Shown here: in pieces, positions 8,863 to 19,121 of the stretch
How the letters are laid out: every line of letters starts with the position of its first letter
How positions within the stretch are numbered: the stretch's first letter is position 1
Assembly (NCBI GenBank): GCA_052094425.1
Contig: JBQDIN010000007.1
Coordinates: 1,054 to 65,053, forward strand
Length of the DNA stretch: 64,000 nucleotides
Origin: Propionibacteriaceae bacterium
GTDB lineage: Bacteria > Actinomycetota > Actinomycetes > Propionibacteriales > Propionibacteriaceae
Reading direction: 5' to 3'
Translations under genes and position numbers: made by a program
Notes under the pieces: model-generated
Seen by the model: the letters and a program-made list of their open reading frames with translations, nothing else
Database searches by the model: none
Told to the model about the DNA's origin: nothing

Positions 8863-10326
8863 ATGACCGCCGTTGTCATGCTTGCCGTGTTCTTCATCGC
8901 GACCCTCGTCGTCGGACTGATGCCGACGATCTCTCAGCGTCGGGCAGGAACCGCGATGTCTGCGAGCGAGTACTTCCTGGGCGGCCGTGGCCTGGGCCTG
9001 GTGCTCATCTTCTTCACCCTCATGGCCACCTGGTACAGCTCCGGGGTCTTCCTGGGCTCGGTCGCCGAGGTCTACACCAAGGGTCTGGAATGGGTGTTCG
9101 GCTTCACCAGCAGTGCGATCGCCGCGATCGTCTTCCTGCTGCTCGGACCGCAGATCAAGCGCCTGGGCGACAAACACGGATACGTCACCCAGGCGGACAT
9201 GTACGCGGACCGATTCAAGAGTCCGGCAGTTGGATACATCAGCGGCCTGATCGGCATCGTCTTCATCATCCCGTACATCACGATCCAGATGGTCGGCACG
9301 GGATACATCATCGAGTCCTTCACCGACGGCCTGATCCCGTACTGGGCCGGTTCGATGATCGGCCTCCTGGTGTGCTTCGCCTTCATCTACGCGGGCGGCA
9401 TCCGCAGCGTCGCGTGGACGGACGTGTTCTTCGGAATCCTCTTCCTCGTCAGCATCTGGGGCGTCGTACTGCTGGTGGCGAACAATGCGTTCGGCGGCTT
9501 CGGCAGCATGTTCAGCACGCTGGTGGATGAGAACTCCGGGCTCCTCACCCTGCCCGGTCCGGAGGGAGTCTCCTGGACCTACTTCTTCTCGCAGGCCTGG
9601 GTGATCGGTCTCGGCGGGTACATGTGGCCGCACCTGTTCATGCGGATGTTCGCCAGTGACTCGGTCAAGTCGATCCGGCGCAGCGGTTCCCTTCTCGTCC
9701 TCGCGAGTCTGGTGGCGCAGGTCCCGATCGTGATCGGGGCGCTTGCGGCGGCCAATGCCTTCCCCGGGCTGGAGAGTCCGGACACGGCCCTCCTCGTCCT
9801 CGTCGGGGAGTACGCGCCACTCTGGATGGTCGGCATCCTCGCAGTCGGTGGAGTGGCGGCTTCCCTGTCGACGATCAACAGCCTGATCCATTCAGAGGGC
9901 GTGCTGATCTCCAACGACATCTACGCGAAGATCACCCGGAAGGACGCCAACGACCGGAGCGTCTTGAAGTTCACGCGCCTCGTCATCTCCGTCCTGTGCG
10001 TACTGGTGTACCTGATGTCCCTGACTGAGCCGCAGTTCCTGTGGAGCATCATGGCGCAGGCATATGGCGGGGTGATCCAGTTCTTCCCCGTGACCATCGC
10101 CGCGCTGTACTGGAAGAGGGCCACCAAGGAGGGCGTCCTGACCGGTATGTGCGTCGGCGTCGTCGTCTCGCTGTTCTTCAGCCTCGGACCCATCCAGGCG
10201 CCGCTCGGGATCGTCGCGCCCGCCTGGGGAGTCCTGGCGAACGTGATCTGCCTGATTGCCGTGGGTCTCGCGACGCAGGGGCGGGCCCGGGCGAAGAAGG
10301 AGGTGGCACGAGGACGCACTCCCTGA
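8863..10326 (+). CDS. Sodium:solute symporter family protein
   Basis: SEYFLGGRGLG, ATWYSSGVFLG, GYVTQADMYADRF, AGGIRSVAWTDVF, AASLSTINS; about 13 hydrophobic segments. Confidence 0.92.
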   Translation: MTAVVMLAVFFIATLVVGLMPTISQRRAGTAMSASEYFLGGRGLGLVLIFFTLMATWYSSGVFLGSVAEVYTKGLEWVFGFTSSAIAAIVFLLLGPQIKRLGDKHGYVTQADMYADRFKSPAVGYISGLIGIVFIIPYITIQMVGTGYIIESFTDGLIPYWAGSMIGLLVCFAFIYAGGIRSVAWTDVFFGILFLVSIWGVVLLVANNAFGGFGSMFSTLVDENSGLLTLPGPEGVSWTYFFSQAWVIGLGGYMWPHLFMRMFASDSVKSIRRSGSLLVLASLVAQVPIVIGALAAANAFPGLESPDTALLVLVGEYAPLWMVGILAVGGVAASLSTINSLIHSEGVLISNDIYAKITRKDANDRSVLKFTRLVISVLCVLVYLMSLTEPQFLWSIMAQAYGGVIQFFPVTIAALYWKRATKEGVLTGMCVGVVVSLFFSLGPIQAPLGIVAPAWGVLANVICLIAVGLATQGRARAKKEVARGRTP

Positions 10327-10453
10327 TCGTCTGGTGCGGATCTCGGGCTGCCGAGGTTGGCGGCGACGGAGTCCTGGTCGATCAGGAAGAGGAATGAACG
10401 GACGAAGGCGTTCTTCGGTAGATTCCTCTGAACCGAGAATGAGCGGGAGAACT

Positions 10454-11710
10454 ATGACGCAGGATCTCGATCGACGACTGACCCGCATTCGAGAGGTTGG
10501 GCGCGAGTACAACGCGGTGACGTTGATGACGGATGCACGCGCCCGCGCGCTCGTTCGACGTGACGAGGCTGCGAGCGACGACCGCCCACTCTTCGGGGTT
10601 CCGTTCGTCGTGAAAGACATCATCGATATCGAGGGGTGTCGCACTTCTGCGGGTTCCAACGTCGATATCGGAAAGGATCCCGCTTCCTCGACCGCGCTCC
10701 TCGTGGAGGCGCTCGAAAGCGCAGGCGCCATCACTGCGGCGAAGACAAACTGTCAGGAGTTCTCCTACGGTCTGCTTGGCAACGAGAGCGCCTTCGGGCG
10801 CGCGGTCAACCCGATCCATACCGAACTCGTGACCGGCGGTTCGAGTTCAGGGTCCGCCGTCATGGTCGCTGCCGGAGCAGTGCCATTCGCCGTCGGCACA
10901 GATACCGCCGGATCCGTGCGTGTTCCGGCCGCATGCTGCGGCGTCGTCGGGTTCAAACCAACGAGCGGGGCCGTCTCCGTCGATGGGGTGCTCCCGCTGG
11001 CGCCAAGTTGCGACACCGTTGGACTGTTCGGGCGCGACGTCAGGATCATCGCATCCGCGTACGCCGCGACAACCGGTGAGCCGTCAAAATCTTGCGTCGA
11101 GTGGTCCCGCTGGGCCGCCGACACGAGCGTACTCTCGGCAACGGCTCAGGAGCAGGCAGACATCTCGCGGGCGGTTGCGGCGCTCGTTGACGAGCGCGAC
11201 CAGGGCGAAGCCTTCTCGGAGGATTGGCTCAGGATCTTCCGCCGCACCGCGGAACTGTACCGACCGATTCTAAAGTTCGAATCCTTCGAGATTGCCGAAC
11301 CACTGCTCGCGTCGCAGCGTGATCGATTCCAACCAGGAGTGCTCGAGAGCTTCGTATCCGGTGCCGCCACCACTCGGCAGGAGCGCGACGAAGCACTCGC
11401 CGCGATACCCGCGCTCCAAGCCGAGGCAGAGAATCTGCTCGGCGACGCAGACGTGCTGATCACGCCTGCCATCGAGGGCTTGGTCCCGACCTGGGCAGAG
11501 GCGGATGCAGACCCGCGTCGAAGTGCTCGGCTCATCCCATTCGCCGTTCCGTTCAACATCCTCGGCTGGCCCGCGATCGTCATTCCGGTGGGCAGATCTG
11601 ATCGGCGGGGTGGTCCGCTTTCGATCCAGATCGCAGCTCCGAAGGGGCAGGACAGAAAGCTCCTTGCCATCGCGGCCGATCTCGAACAACGGCTCGCCGC
11701 TGACGTCTGA
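10454..11710 (+). CDS. Amidase signature family protein
   Basis: PLFGVPFVVKD (catalytic Lys), GGSSSGS, GTDTAGSVRVPAACCG; RBS GGGAGA before ATG 10454. Confidence 0.88.
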   Translation: MTQDLDRRLTRIREVGREYNAVTLMTDARARALVRRDEAASDDRPLFGVPFVVKDIIDIEGCRTSAGSNVDIGKDPASSTALLVEALESAGAITAAKTNCQEFSYGLLGNESAFGRAVNPIHTELVTGGSSSGSAVMVAAGAVPFAVGTDTAGSVRVPAACCGVVGFKPTSGAVSVDGVLPLAPSCDTVGLFGRDVRIIASAYAATTGEPSKSCVEWSRWAADTSVLSATAQEQADISRAVAALVDERDQGEAFSEDWLRIFRRTAELYRPILKFESFEIAEPLLASQRDRFQPGVLESFVSGAATTRQERDEALAAIPALQAEAENLLGDADVLITPAIEGLVPTWAEADADPRRSARLIPFAVPFNILGWPAIVIPVGRSDRRGGPLSIQIAAPKGQDRKLLAIAADLEQRLAADV

Positions 11711-11745
11711 TCCGCGAACCGCGCGTGCAGCCGACCAACGGCGAC

Positions 11746-14097
11746 TCAGCCCGCCGGGGTGCCGCGGACCTCGATCTCCCAGATCGAGTAACCCCACTTG
11801 GGCAACTTGCGCTCGGCGCCCTGGATGCGGATGAACCGGACCGGCTCGTCGCCGGTCAGGGCGGTGGTCTCGGTACCGCACGACGGCTCGTCGACCGGCG
11901 TGTCGGTCCAGGTTTCCCCGTCTGCGGAGGTCTGCACCACGTAGCCCAGGGCGCACGCGTCCTCCCAGTGCACGGTGACCTCGGCGGGTACGACCTCCTG
12001 GGCGAGCTCCAACTGCACCCAGGCGTCATCGGCGTAGTCGGAGGACCAGCGGGTGGCCAGGTCCCCGTCGGCGACGTGCTGCTCGGAGAACTCCTCGCGA
12101 TCGAGCTCGACCCCGGAGGCGGTCACCGTGCTGCCCTCGGCCCAGTTCTTCAGCGTCGGGTCCACCTCCGCGCGCAGCTTGGTGATCAACTGGTCCAGGA
12201 CTCCGTCCCCGATCCGCACCTGGACGGGACCATCCTGGCTCCATTTGTTCTTCTGGTCGTCGACCTCCACCTCCTTGGCGGCGGCCACCTCCGTCCCCGC
12301 CAGATCGGAGAGCGCCTTGGCTTCCGCCACCTCTCCGTCGCGGTGGGCCACGATGGCTGCCAGGGTGGAGCGCAACGCCTTACCCCAAGCGCCCGTACCG
12401 TCCAGCCATGCCTCGGTGTCGGACAGGAACAGGGCGTCGGCCACATGGGTTCGGATGAGTTCGGGGGCGGCGACCATCCGGTCGGCGTAGGCCTGCAGGT
12501 CTGCCAGGTCGGCACCGTTCGGGTCAGCAAGGACGGGTTCACCCAGGGCCGCCAACTGCGGCGCCTGCGGCTGCCACTCGCCGCCGAAGGTGGGCGCCTT
12601 GTGGTTCAGGTCGCCGAAGGTGAGCAGGGCTGCTTGGGTGGCCTCGTCATCGGTCAACTGTCCGAAGGCCCACTCCCAGGTGCGTTGGGCGTCGTAGCCG
12701 GTGTCCTTCCACGCGAAGTCGGCCATCCCGGTGATCGCGATCTTGCTCGCGCCGGACTGGTTCATCGGGTTGGAGACCAGTCCGAGCAGGTGGTCTGACA
12801 GCCCCTCCTCCCGCTTGTCGTACGGCGCGAGCAGCAACCGGCCGGTGGTGTCCCCGAAGTCGTTCACCGGGTAGTTGTCCCAGACGAACACCTTGCGTCC
12901 CCAGGCCGCGGCGACCGCCTCGGCGTCGGCGTTCTTGATCGACTCCGGCACCACCCCGACCCCGGTCCACATGATCACGACGTCTTCGTCGAGACCCTCC
13001 TTGAAGGCGTTCTTGTACGGCGACGGCTTCGTGTCGCTGTACTCGGTCGGCACCATCTGCAGCGCCTGCGTCCCCTCGTGGGTCTCGATGAACTCCTGTT
13101 GCACGAAGTTCAGCAGATCAACCTGTGCCTTGCCGGCATTGGCGGCCCCGGCCTCCCCGTAGGTCTCTGCATCGGAATCGCAGTGCCAGGTGCCGTAGTC
13201 GATGTCGTCCAACGGAATGGAGAAGGAGCGCACCCCGATGTCGTACATCGACTGGAGCTTGTCGATCAATTTGGCCCGGTGGTCCTCGCTGGAGAAGCAG
13301 ATCGAGTTCCCGGGCGAGAGGGCGAAGGTGAAGCGGACGTGATGGTCCGCGGCCCGCTCGACCAACTCAGCGAGTTCGGCGACCTTCTCCTCCGGGTACG
13401 GCTCAGCCCACTTCTCCCGGTGGTAGGGGTCGTCCTTCGGTGCGTAGATGTAGGTGTTCATCTTCACCGTGCCGTAGAAGTCCAGTTGGTCCAGTCGTTC
13501 CTCGTGCGACCACGGCTTGCCGTAGAACCCCTCGATGGTGCCCCGGAGTGGCATCTTCGGATGGTCCGCGACATCCACCTGGGCGATGGTGGCCTTCTTT
13601 CCTTCACCGGTGATCAACTGGGTGAGGGTACGGACGCCGTAGTACTGGCCGGCGGCGTCCACACCGCCGATGGTCACGGCCTTCTGGTCCACCGACAGGC
13701 CGTACCCCTCCGCCTCGTCCACGGCCGGTGACTCGAGCCGCTGGTCCACGTCCTTGCGGTCGATCTTCCCCAGGTGGATCGACATCTGCCGCGGCTTCAC
13801 CCACCACGGCTCCTCGGTCACGTCCACGTCGTGCGCGGCCAGGGTGTCCTGCAGCAGCTCCAGCGCGGCGGGATCGGTGTCCTGGCCGGTCACCACCGTG
13901 ACCTTGCGCTTCAGCTTCACCGGCGCACCGGCCGACTCGATCTGCTGCGGGGTCGGGACGACGGTCGGAATCTCGTCCGGCGGTCCGGCCGCAGCGGGCG
14001 TAGGTCCGGCGTAGGCCAGGCCGAGGCCGGCGAGCAGGGCCAGTGCGGACAGGCCACCCACGAGCCGGCGGCCGGGTAGGGAGAATTGGTCGAGCAC
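11746..14097 (-). CDS. Secreted beta-N-acetylglucosaminidase (GH84, NagJ/hyaluronidase-like) with N-terminal GH20b-like and C-terminal F5/8 type C (CBM32) domains
   Basis: Signal peptide with RR; RGTIEGFYGKPWSHEER, NTYIYAPKDDPYHR, FSIPLDDI (catalytic DD), VWDNYPVND; C-terminal DGDLATRWSS...WVQLEL...YSIWEIEV discoidin motif. Confidence 0.88.
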   Translation of the reverse strand: MLDQFSLPGRRLVGGLSALALLAGLGLAYAGPTPAAAGPPDEIPTVVPTPQQIESAGAPVKLKRKVTVVTGQDTDPAALELLQDTLAAHDVDVTEEPWWVKPRQMSIHLGKIDRKDVDQRLESPAVDEAEGYGLSVDQKAVTIGGVDAAGQYYGVRTLTQLITGEGKKATIAQVDVADHPKMPLRGTIEGFYGKPWSHEERLDQLDFYGTVKMNTYIYAPKDDPYHREKWAEPYPEEKVAELAELVERAADHHVRFTFALSPGNSICFSSEDHRAKLIDKLQSMYDIGVRSFSIPLDDIDYGTWHCDSDAETYGEAGAANAGKAQVDLLNFVQQEFIETHEGTQALQMVPTEYSDTKPSPYKNAFKEGLDEDVVIMWTGVGVVPESIKNADAEAVAAAWGRKVFVWDNYPVNDFGDTTGRLLLAPYDKREEGLSDHLLGLVSNPMNQSGASKIAITGMADFAWKDTGYDAQRTWEWAFGQLTDDEATQAALLTFGDLNHKAPTFGGEWQPQAPQLAALGEPVLADPNGADLADLQAYADRMVAAPELIRTHVADALFLSDTEAWLDGTGAWGKALRSTLAAIVAHRDGEVAEAKALSDLAGTEVAAAKEVEVDDQKNKWSQDGPVQVRIGDGVLDQLITKLRAEVDPTLKNWAEGSTVTASGVELDREEFSEQHVADGDLATRWSSDYADDAWVQLELAQEVVPAEVTVHWEDACALGYVVQTSADGETWTDTPVDEPSCGTETTALTGDEPVRFIRIQGAERKLPKWGYSIWEIEVRGTPAG

Positions 14098-14298
14098 CTT
14101 CTGCTCCTCGGGGTCTGCGGGACTGGTCAGAGTTGATCACCAGGCCGTACGCCCCGAGGTGGTTGATCGGTACTCACCCTGTCCCGACCGGAACCGCACG
14201 TCAAGACCTGTCGGAAGATCCGTGGCCGTTCCCCACTCGCCCTGTGTACGCGCCGCTCCGGCCATGCAGCCCGACTGCGTGATTCCCGGTAACCGGGG

Positions 14299-15093
14299 TC
14301 AGGTCGGATCGGCCTCGGTCGGGTTGAGGACGCGACTGAGGAAGCTGCGCGTGCGCTCCTCCCGCGGATTGCCGATGACCTCGTGGGGCGGGCCCTCCTC
14401 GACGATCACACCGCCGTCCATGAAGACGACCCGGTCGCCGACCTCACGGGCGAAAACCATCTCGTGGGTCACCACGAGCATCGTCATCCCCTCTTCGGCG
14501 AGCTGGCGCATCACCGACAGCACCTCGCCGACCAGTTCCGGGTCCAGCGCCGAGGTGGGTTCGTCGAAGAGCATCACCGCGGGCTGCATGCACAGGGCTC
14601 GGGCGATCCCGACCCGCTGCTGCTGGCCGCCGGAGAGCCGCCCGGGGTACTCGTCCACCTTGTCCCCCAGGCCGACCCGGTCCAGCATCTCCCGGGCGAC
14701 CTGGTTCGCCTCGGCCGTGGAGCGCTTGAGCACGTTCCGCTGGGCCAGGGTGCAGTTGTCCAGGGCGGTCAGGTTGGAGAACAGGTTGAACTGCTGGAAC
14801 ACCATCCCGATCTGGCGCCGGGCAGCGTCGATGTCGCAGTCCGGATCGTTGAGCTCGATGCCGTTCACCAGCACGCTGCCGCGTTGCGGCTGTTCCAACA
14901 TGTTCACACAGCGCAGCAGCGTCGACTTCCCGGAACCCGACGGGCCGATGACACAGACCACCTCGCCGGTGTCGATGCCGAAGTTGATTCCGCGCAACAC
15001 CTCCAAGTCACCGAAGGACTTGTGCAGGTCACTGATCTCGACCAGTCGCTGCGCATCAGGCCTGGGCGCGGTCGTGTCGGATGCGATCATCAC
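14299..15093 (-). CDS. Polar amino acid ABC transporter ATP-binding protein (GlnQ-like)
   Basis: [44 protein letters not shown]. Confidence 0.95.
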   Translation of the reverse strand: MMIASDTTAPRPDAQRLVEISDLHKSFGDLEVLRGINFGIDTGEVVCVIGPSGSGKSTLLRCVNMLEQPQRGSVLVNGIELNDPDCDIDAARRQIGMVFQQFNLFSNLTALDNCTLAQRNVLKRSTAEANQVAREMLDRVGLGDKVDEYPGRLSGGQQQRVGIARALCMQPAVMLFDEPTSALDPELVGEVLSVMRQLAEEGMTMLVVTHEMVFAREVGDRVVFMDGGVIVEEGPPHEVIGNPREERTRSFLSRVLNPTEADPT

Positions 15094-15938
15094 CTTCTCC
15101 TTTCGCCGGAGTTTTCCATCCGCCGCACGATGGCGGCCAACGGGATGGTGATCAACAGGTAGCAGAACCCGGCGGTCACCAGCGGGGTCAGGTTCGCCTC
15201 TCCATTGGCCATCCCCCGACCGAACTTGGTCAGTTCATATCCGGAGACGGTGAGACCCACGACATAGACCAAGGAGGAGTCCTTGACCAGCAGGATGACT
15301 TCGTTGGCCAACGGCGGGAGCACGATCCGAAAGGCTTGTGGGAGCACCACCTTCACGGTGGTGGCAAAAGGCGTCATGCCCAGCGATCGCGCCGCCTCCA
15401 CCTGACCGCGCGGCACCGCCTGGATCCCGGCCCGGACCGTCTCCGCGGTGTAGGCCGAGGCGACGATCCCCAGCGCCAGCCACACCGTCCCGTACGGCGA
15501 GAAGGGAATGCGCGTCCCCGGGATCGCCAGCGGCAACAGCGACAAGGCGATGAAGATCAAGATCGCCGGCAACCCGCGGAAGAACTCCACGTAGGCGGTG
15601 GCGATCCAGCGGTAGGGCGCGACCTTGCTGAGCTTCATCAGCGCCAGCCCAGTGCCGACCACCAACCCGATGACGAAGCCCCCGGCGGTGTAAATCAGCG
15701 TGTTCAGGAAGGCGAGGTGAAGGCCCCGGGCAAACCCTTGGACCACCAGATCGAGCCGGAAGAAGGTGCTACCGATCTGTGACCAGTTCGCCGTCAGGAC
15801 CAGTACGACCGCGACCACGGCCAGCACCACGTACTGGATGATACGCATCCGCCGCGATCGCCGCCGCGGACTCAATTTGGTCCGCGGCGGCTGGGCAGTT
15901 GCGACCGTGTCGGCCGCTTCAGCGTTGCTGGAGCTCAC
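15090..15938 (-). CDS. Polar amino acid ABC transporter permease
   Basis: [36 protein letters not shown] (EAA loop), LVKDSSL. Confidence 0.95.
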   Translation of the reverse strand: MSSSNAEAADTVATAQPPRTKLSPRRRSRRMRIIQYVVLAVVAVVLVLTANWSQIGSTFFRLDLVVQGFARGLHLAFLNTLIYTAGGFVIGLVVGTGLALMKLSKVAPYRWIATAYVEFFRGLPAILIFIALSLLPLAIPGTRIPFSPYGTVWLALGIVASAYTAETVRAGIQAVPRGQVEAARSLGMTPFATTVKVVLPQAFRIVLPPLANEVILLVKDSSLVYVVGLTVSGYELTKFGRGMANGEANLTPLVTAGFCYLLITIPLAAIVRRMENSGERRR

Positions 15939-15941
15939 AGG

Positions 15942-16772
15942 TCACTCAGTCTCGCCCGGCTTGGCGTCGAACCACTTCTCGTAGAGCTCGTCGTAGGTCC
16001 CGTCCTCCTTGGCCTGGGCGAGCAGTTCGTTGAACCGATCCACCAACTTCTTGGCGTTGGGGTCGTCCTTCATCACCGGGAAGCCGTACTGCTCACCGGT
16101 GTCGAACTGGGCCGCCATCACGGTGTCCGGGTTGTCCTTGGTGAAGTTGAGGATCGGCACATTGTCGTTGATCGCCGCGTCGACGTTGCCTGCCCGCAGT
16201 GCGTTCAGTTGCAGGGAGACGTCCTCGAACACCTTGACCTCGTAGCCGAACTCCTCCGCGTGGTCATCAGCGTAGATCTGGCCGGTGGTCGCGCTCTGGG
16301 CCCCGAGTATCTTGCCCTCCAGGTCCTCCAGCCCCTTGTAGCCGGAGTCCTTCATCACGATCAGCGCCTGGGTGGCGTCGAAGTACGGGTCGGAGATGGT
16401 CGTCGCCGCCGCCCGCTCCTCGGTGATGGTCATCGCGCCCATCCCGATGTCGCACTGGCCGGCGGCGAACACCGCCCCGGAGATGATCTGGTCCCACTCG
16501 GTGTTCAGGACCTCCACCTCGGCACCGAGGTCATCGGCCAGCAGCCGGAGCATGTCGACGTCGAAGCCGACCACCTCACCGGAGTCGTCCTGGAACTCGA
16601 ACGGCTCGTACGGCAGGTGGGTGCAGATGGTCAGCGTCCCGGACGCGACCAGTTCGATGTCGCTGTCCCCGCCGCCGCCGGCCTCTTCGCCACCGCCGCC
16701 GCAGCCGGCCAGGACCAACGCCATCGCCGCCGCCGCTCCCAGCAGGCGTCCCCTCTTGTTGAACAACCTCAC
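15942..16772 (-). CDS. Polar amino acid ABC transporter substrate-binding lipoprotein (SBP family 3)
   Basis: Lipobox LAGC, YEPFEF, GFDVD, FSDPYF-like motif; GTG at 16772 after GGAGGA RBS. Confidence 0.92.
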   Translation of the reverse strand: MRLFNKRGRLLGAAAAMALVLAGCGGGGEEAGGGGDSDIELVASGTLTICTHLPYEPFEFQDDSGEVVGFDVDMLRLLADDLGAEVEVLNTEWDQIISGAVFAAGQCDIGMGAMTITEERAAATTISDPYFDATQALIVMKDSGYKGLEDLEGKILGAQSATTGQIYADDHAEEFGYEVKVFEDVSLQLNALRAGNVDAAINDNVPILNFTKDNPDTVMAAQFDTGEQYGFPVMKDDPNAKKLVDRFNELLAQAKEDGTYDELYEKWFDAKPGETE

Positions 16773-16979
16773 GATGACGCTCCTCCCAGCCTTGCACCCT
16801 TGCCCCACGTACCTTCGCGGAGTCAACCCGACGGGGCAGGTGGAGGATTCCGCCTGCGAACCACGTCGTTCGTGGTCACACTAGCGGCTGGCCGCACCGG
16901 CGACAGGCAACCCCAGTGAGCCGTTGCCAAAACGTGTCTGGCCGGTTCGGTGCGGGACCGCTGGGCTGACCCCGAACCA

Positions 16980-17945
16980 TCACGAGCGACCGCGAGTGGC
17001 GTGCGGGGTGTGGGTCGGCAGGGAACGCCGAGGCCCGTGGCGTTCCGGTCGCACCCCGGTCGCGGCGAGCAGTTGCTGGACTCGGTAGCGGTGGCCACCG
17101 TACGGCTCCAGCAGTTCCAGGCAAGCATCGTCGTCGAGCGCCTCCCCGGTCAGGGCGTAACTGATCCAGCCGCCCACGTGGTAGTCGCCGATGCTCCAGG
17201 CGTCGGCATCCCCGTGGGCCCGCTGCCGCACCTCGGCCGAGGTCCACGGACCGATCCCGGGCAGCGACTGCAGGGCGCGATCGGCTGCCGCCGAGTCCAT
17301 CCCGAGGGTGCGCTCCAACGCCGACCCGCGCCGCACTGCGCCGACCAGGGGGCGACTGCGCCGCTCCTCCACCCCGGCGGCCAGGAACCGCCAGGTCGGG
17401 ATCCGGGCCCAGGTCGCAGCGTCGGGCGGCACCATCACGCCGGCGGCCGGCGAGTCCGGATCGGCGGCGGGCCCCGGAGCCGGTTCACCGAACTCGCGGA
17501 CCAGTAGCCGCCAGGCCCGGTACGCCTCGCTCCCGGTCACCACCTGCTCGATGCAGGCCGCGGTCAGGGCCTCGACGACAGCTCCGGTGGCCCCCACGCG
17601 CAGGTGCGGGTTACGCCGCCACGCCTGGACCAGAACCCGGTGCTCGGGCAGCGGCGTGAATCCGGAGGGGTCATCCTCGGCCCCCAGCAGCCGGGGCAAC
17701 TGCCCGAGGGCCGCCTCGGCACCCTCCCCCCATGCGCGGGCGCGAACCCCACTCGGGTCGGGCTGCAGGCGCAGCAGCGCCGGTCCGTCCGGGTTCCGGG
17801 TGGCGCGCCACCACTCGGCCCCCGCGCCGGAGCCGAGGCGTCGGTGGGTCGGGTCCCCGGGGCCGCGACGCAGCCCGCCCAGGCAGGCGGACAGGTCGAT
17901 CCGGCGCTCGCTGCGCACGATCCGATCCTTCGGGGCCACGGCCAT
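16980..17945 (-). CDS. DNA-3-methyladenine glycosylase II family (AlkA-like, HhH-GPD)
   Basis: ACIEQVV, HhH LQSLPGIGPWTSA, GDYHV, PYGGHRYRV. Confidence 0.85.
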   Translation of the reverse strand: MAVAPKDRIVRSERRIDLSACLGGLRRGPGDPTHRRLGSGAGAEWWRATRNPDGPALLRLQPDPSGVRARAWGEGAEAALGQLPRLLGAEDDPSGFTPLPEHRVLVQAWRRNPHLRVGATGAVVEALTAACIEQVVTGSEAYRAWRLLVREFGEPAPGPAADPDSPAAGVMVPPDAATWARIPTWRFLAAGVEERRSRPLVGAVRRGSALERTLGMDSAAADRALQSLPGIGPWTSAEVRQRAHGDADAWSIGDYHVGGWISYALTGEALDDDACLELLEPYGGHRYRVQQLLAATGVRPERHGPRRSLPTHTPHATRGRS

Positions 17946-17956
17946 GCTGCGAGCCT

Positions 17957-18121
17957 AGGGCGTGTTGGCCAACGTTCGGTCGTCGCGAGTGTCGCAATGG
18001 GCGTGCGATGGCAGGGCGCCGGACGCGATGGCAGACCGGGTCGTCTGATGAGCGTCGGCAACGAAGTCAGCGCGCGTCCAGTGCGATGTGCAGCAGGCCA
18101 AGACGTTGACCAACACGCCCT
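17957..18121. mobile_element. 165-bp MITE-like element with 19-bp terminal inverted repeats
   Basis: Left end AGGGCGTGTTGGCCAACGT (17957-17975); reverse complement of the right end (18103-18121) is AGGGCGTGTTGGTCAACGT, 18/19 identical. Non-coding interior; left junction within CTAG. Confidence 0.75.
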
Positions 18122-18169
18122 GCCACCCCGCCATTGCGGCCCCTCCGGGGAGGGAGAAGGATGCTGGAC

Positions 18170-19099
18170 ATGAACCAGTCAGATTCCGTGATCCAGCCGA
18201 GCGGGCAGCAGTTCGTGATCAGTCGCGGCGACCAGCGGGCCGTGGTCGTCGAGGTGGGGGGCGGGATCCGCTCCTACACGGTCGGCGGCCGGGACGTGCT
18301 CGAGCCCTACCCGGTGGAGGCCATCTGCGACGGCGCCCACGGTGCCCCGCTGATCCCGTGGCCGAACCGGCTGGAGGACGGCCGTTACACCTTCGACGGG
18401 GCCACCTACCAGGTGGCGCTGAGCGAGCCCACCAAGCACAACGCGAGCCACGGCTTCCTGCGCTGGCGATCCTGGGAATGTGTCGAGCAGGGTCCGGTCG
18501 CGGTGGTGCTGGGGACGACCCTGCATCCGCTGAGCGGGTACCCGTTCACCCTCCAGGTGCGGATCGCGTACCGGCTCACCGACGACGGCCTGGTGGTCAC
18601 CACCACCGCCACCAACCGCGGGATGCGCGACCTGCCGTACGCGCACGGCCAACACCCGTACCTCTCCCCCGGCACGGGGCTGATCGACCGGGCCCGGCTG
18701 CAGTTCAGCGCCGGGCAGCGGATCGAGACCGACCCCGAGCGCCAACTCCCCACCGGCGCCGTGCCCGTCGACGGAACGCCCTACGCCTTCACCGCGGCTC
18801 GCCCGCTCGGCGACCTGGCGATCGACCACGCCTTCACCGACCTGGGCCGCGAGCCGGACGGACGCGCCCGGGTGCGACTCACCGGGACCGACAGCCGGAC
18901 GGCCGAGCTGTGGGTGGACGAGACCTTCGGGTACCTGCAGTTCTACACCGGAGACACGTTGGCACCGGACCGACGACGGACCGGCCTCGGCGCCGAACCG
19001 ATGACCGCCCCACCGAACGCCCTGGCCACCGGCACCGACGTGATCAGGTTGGCTCCCGGCGCGTCAGTCACCACCACCTGGGGCGCCCGGCTGCACTGA
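18170..19099 (+). CDS. Aldose 1-epimerase family protein
   Basis: LIPWPNRLEDGRYTFDG, NASHG, YPFTL, HGQHPY, LQFYTGD, EPMTAPPNAL. Confidence 0.9.
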   Translation: MNQSDSVIQPSGQQFVISRGDQRAVVVEVGGGIRSYTVGGRDVLEPYPVEAICDGAHGAPLIPWPNRLEDGRYTFDGATYQVALSEPTKHNASHGFLRWRSWECVEQGPVAVVLGTTLHPLSGYPFTLQVRIAYRLTDDGLVVTTTATNRGMRDLPYAHGQHPYLSPGTGLIDRARLQFSAGQRIETDPERQLPTGAVPVDGTPYAFTAARPLGDLAIDHAFTDLGREPDGRARVRLTGTDSRTAELWVDETFGYLQFYTGDTLAPDRRRTGLGAEPMTAPPNALATGTDVIRLAPGASVTTTWGARLH

Positions 19100-19121
19100 T
19101 CAACTCACCCCCGCCCTGGTG

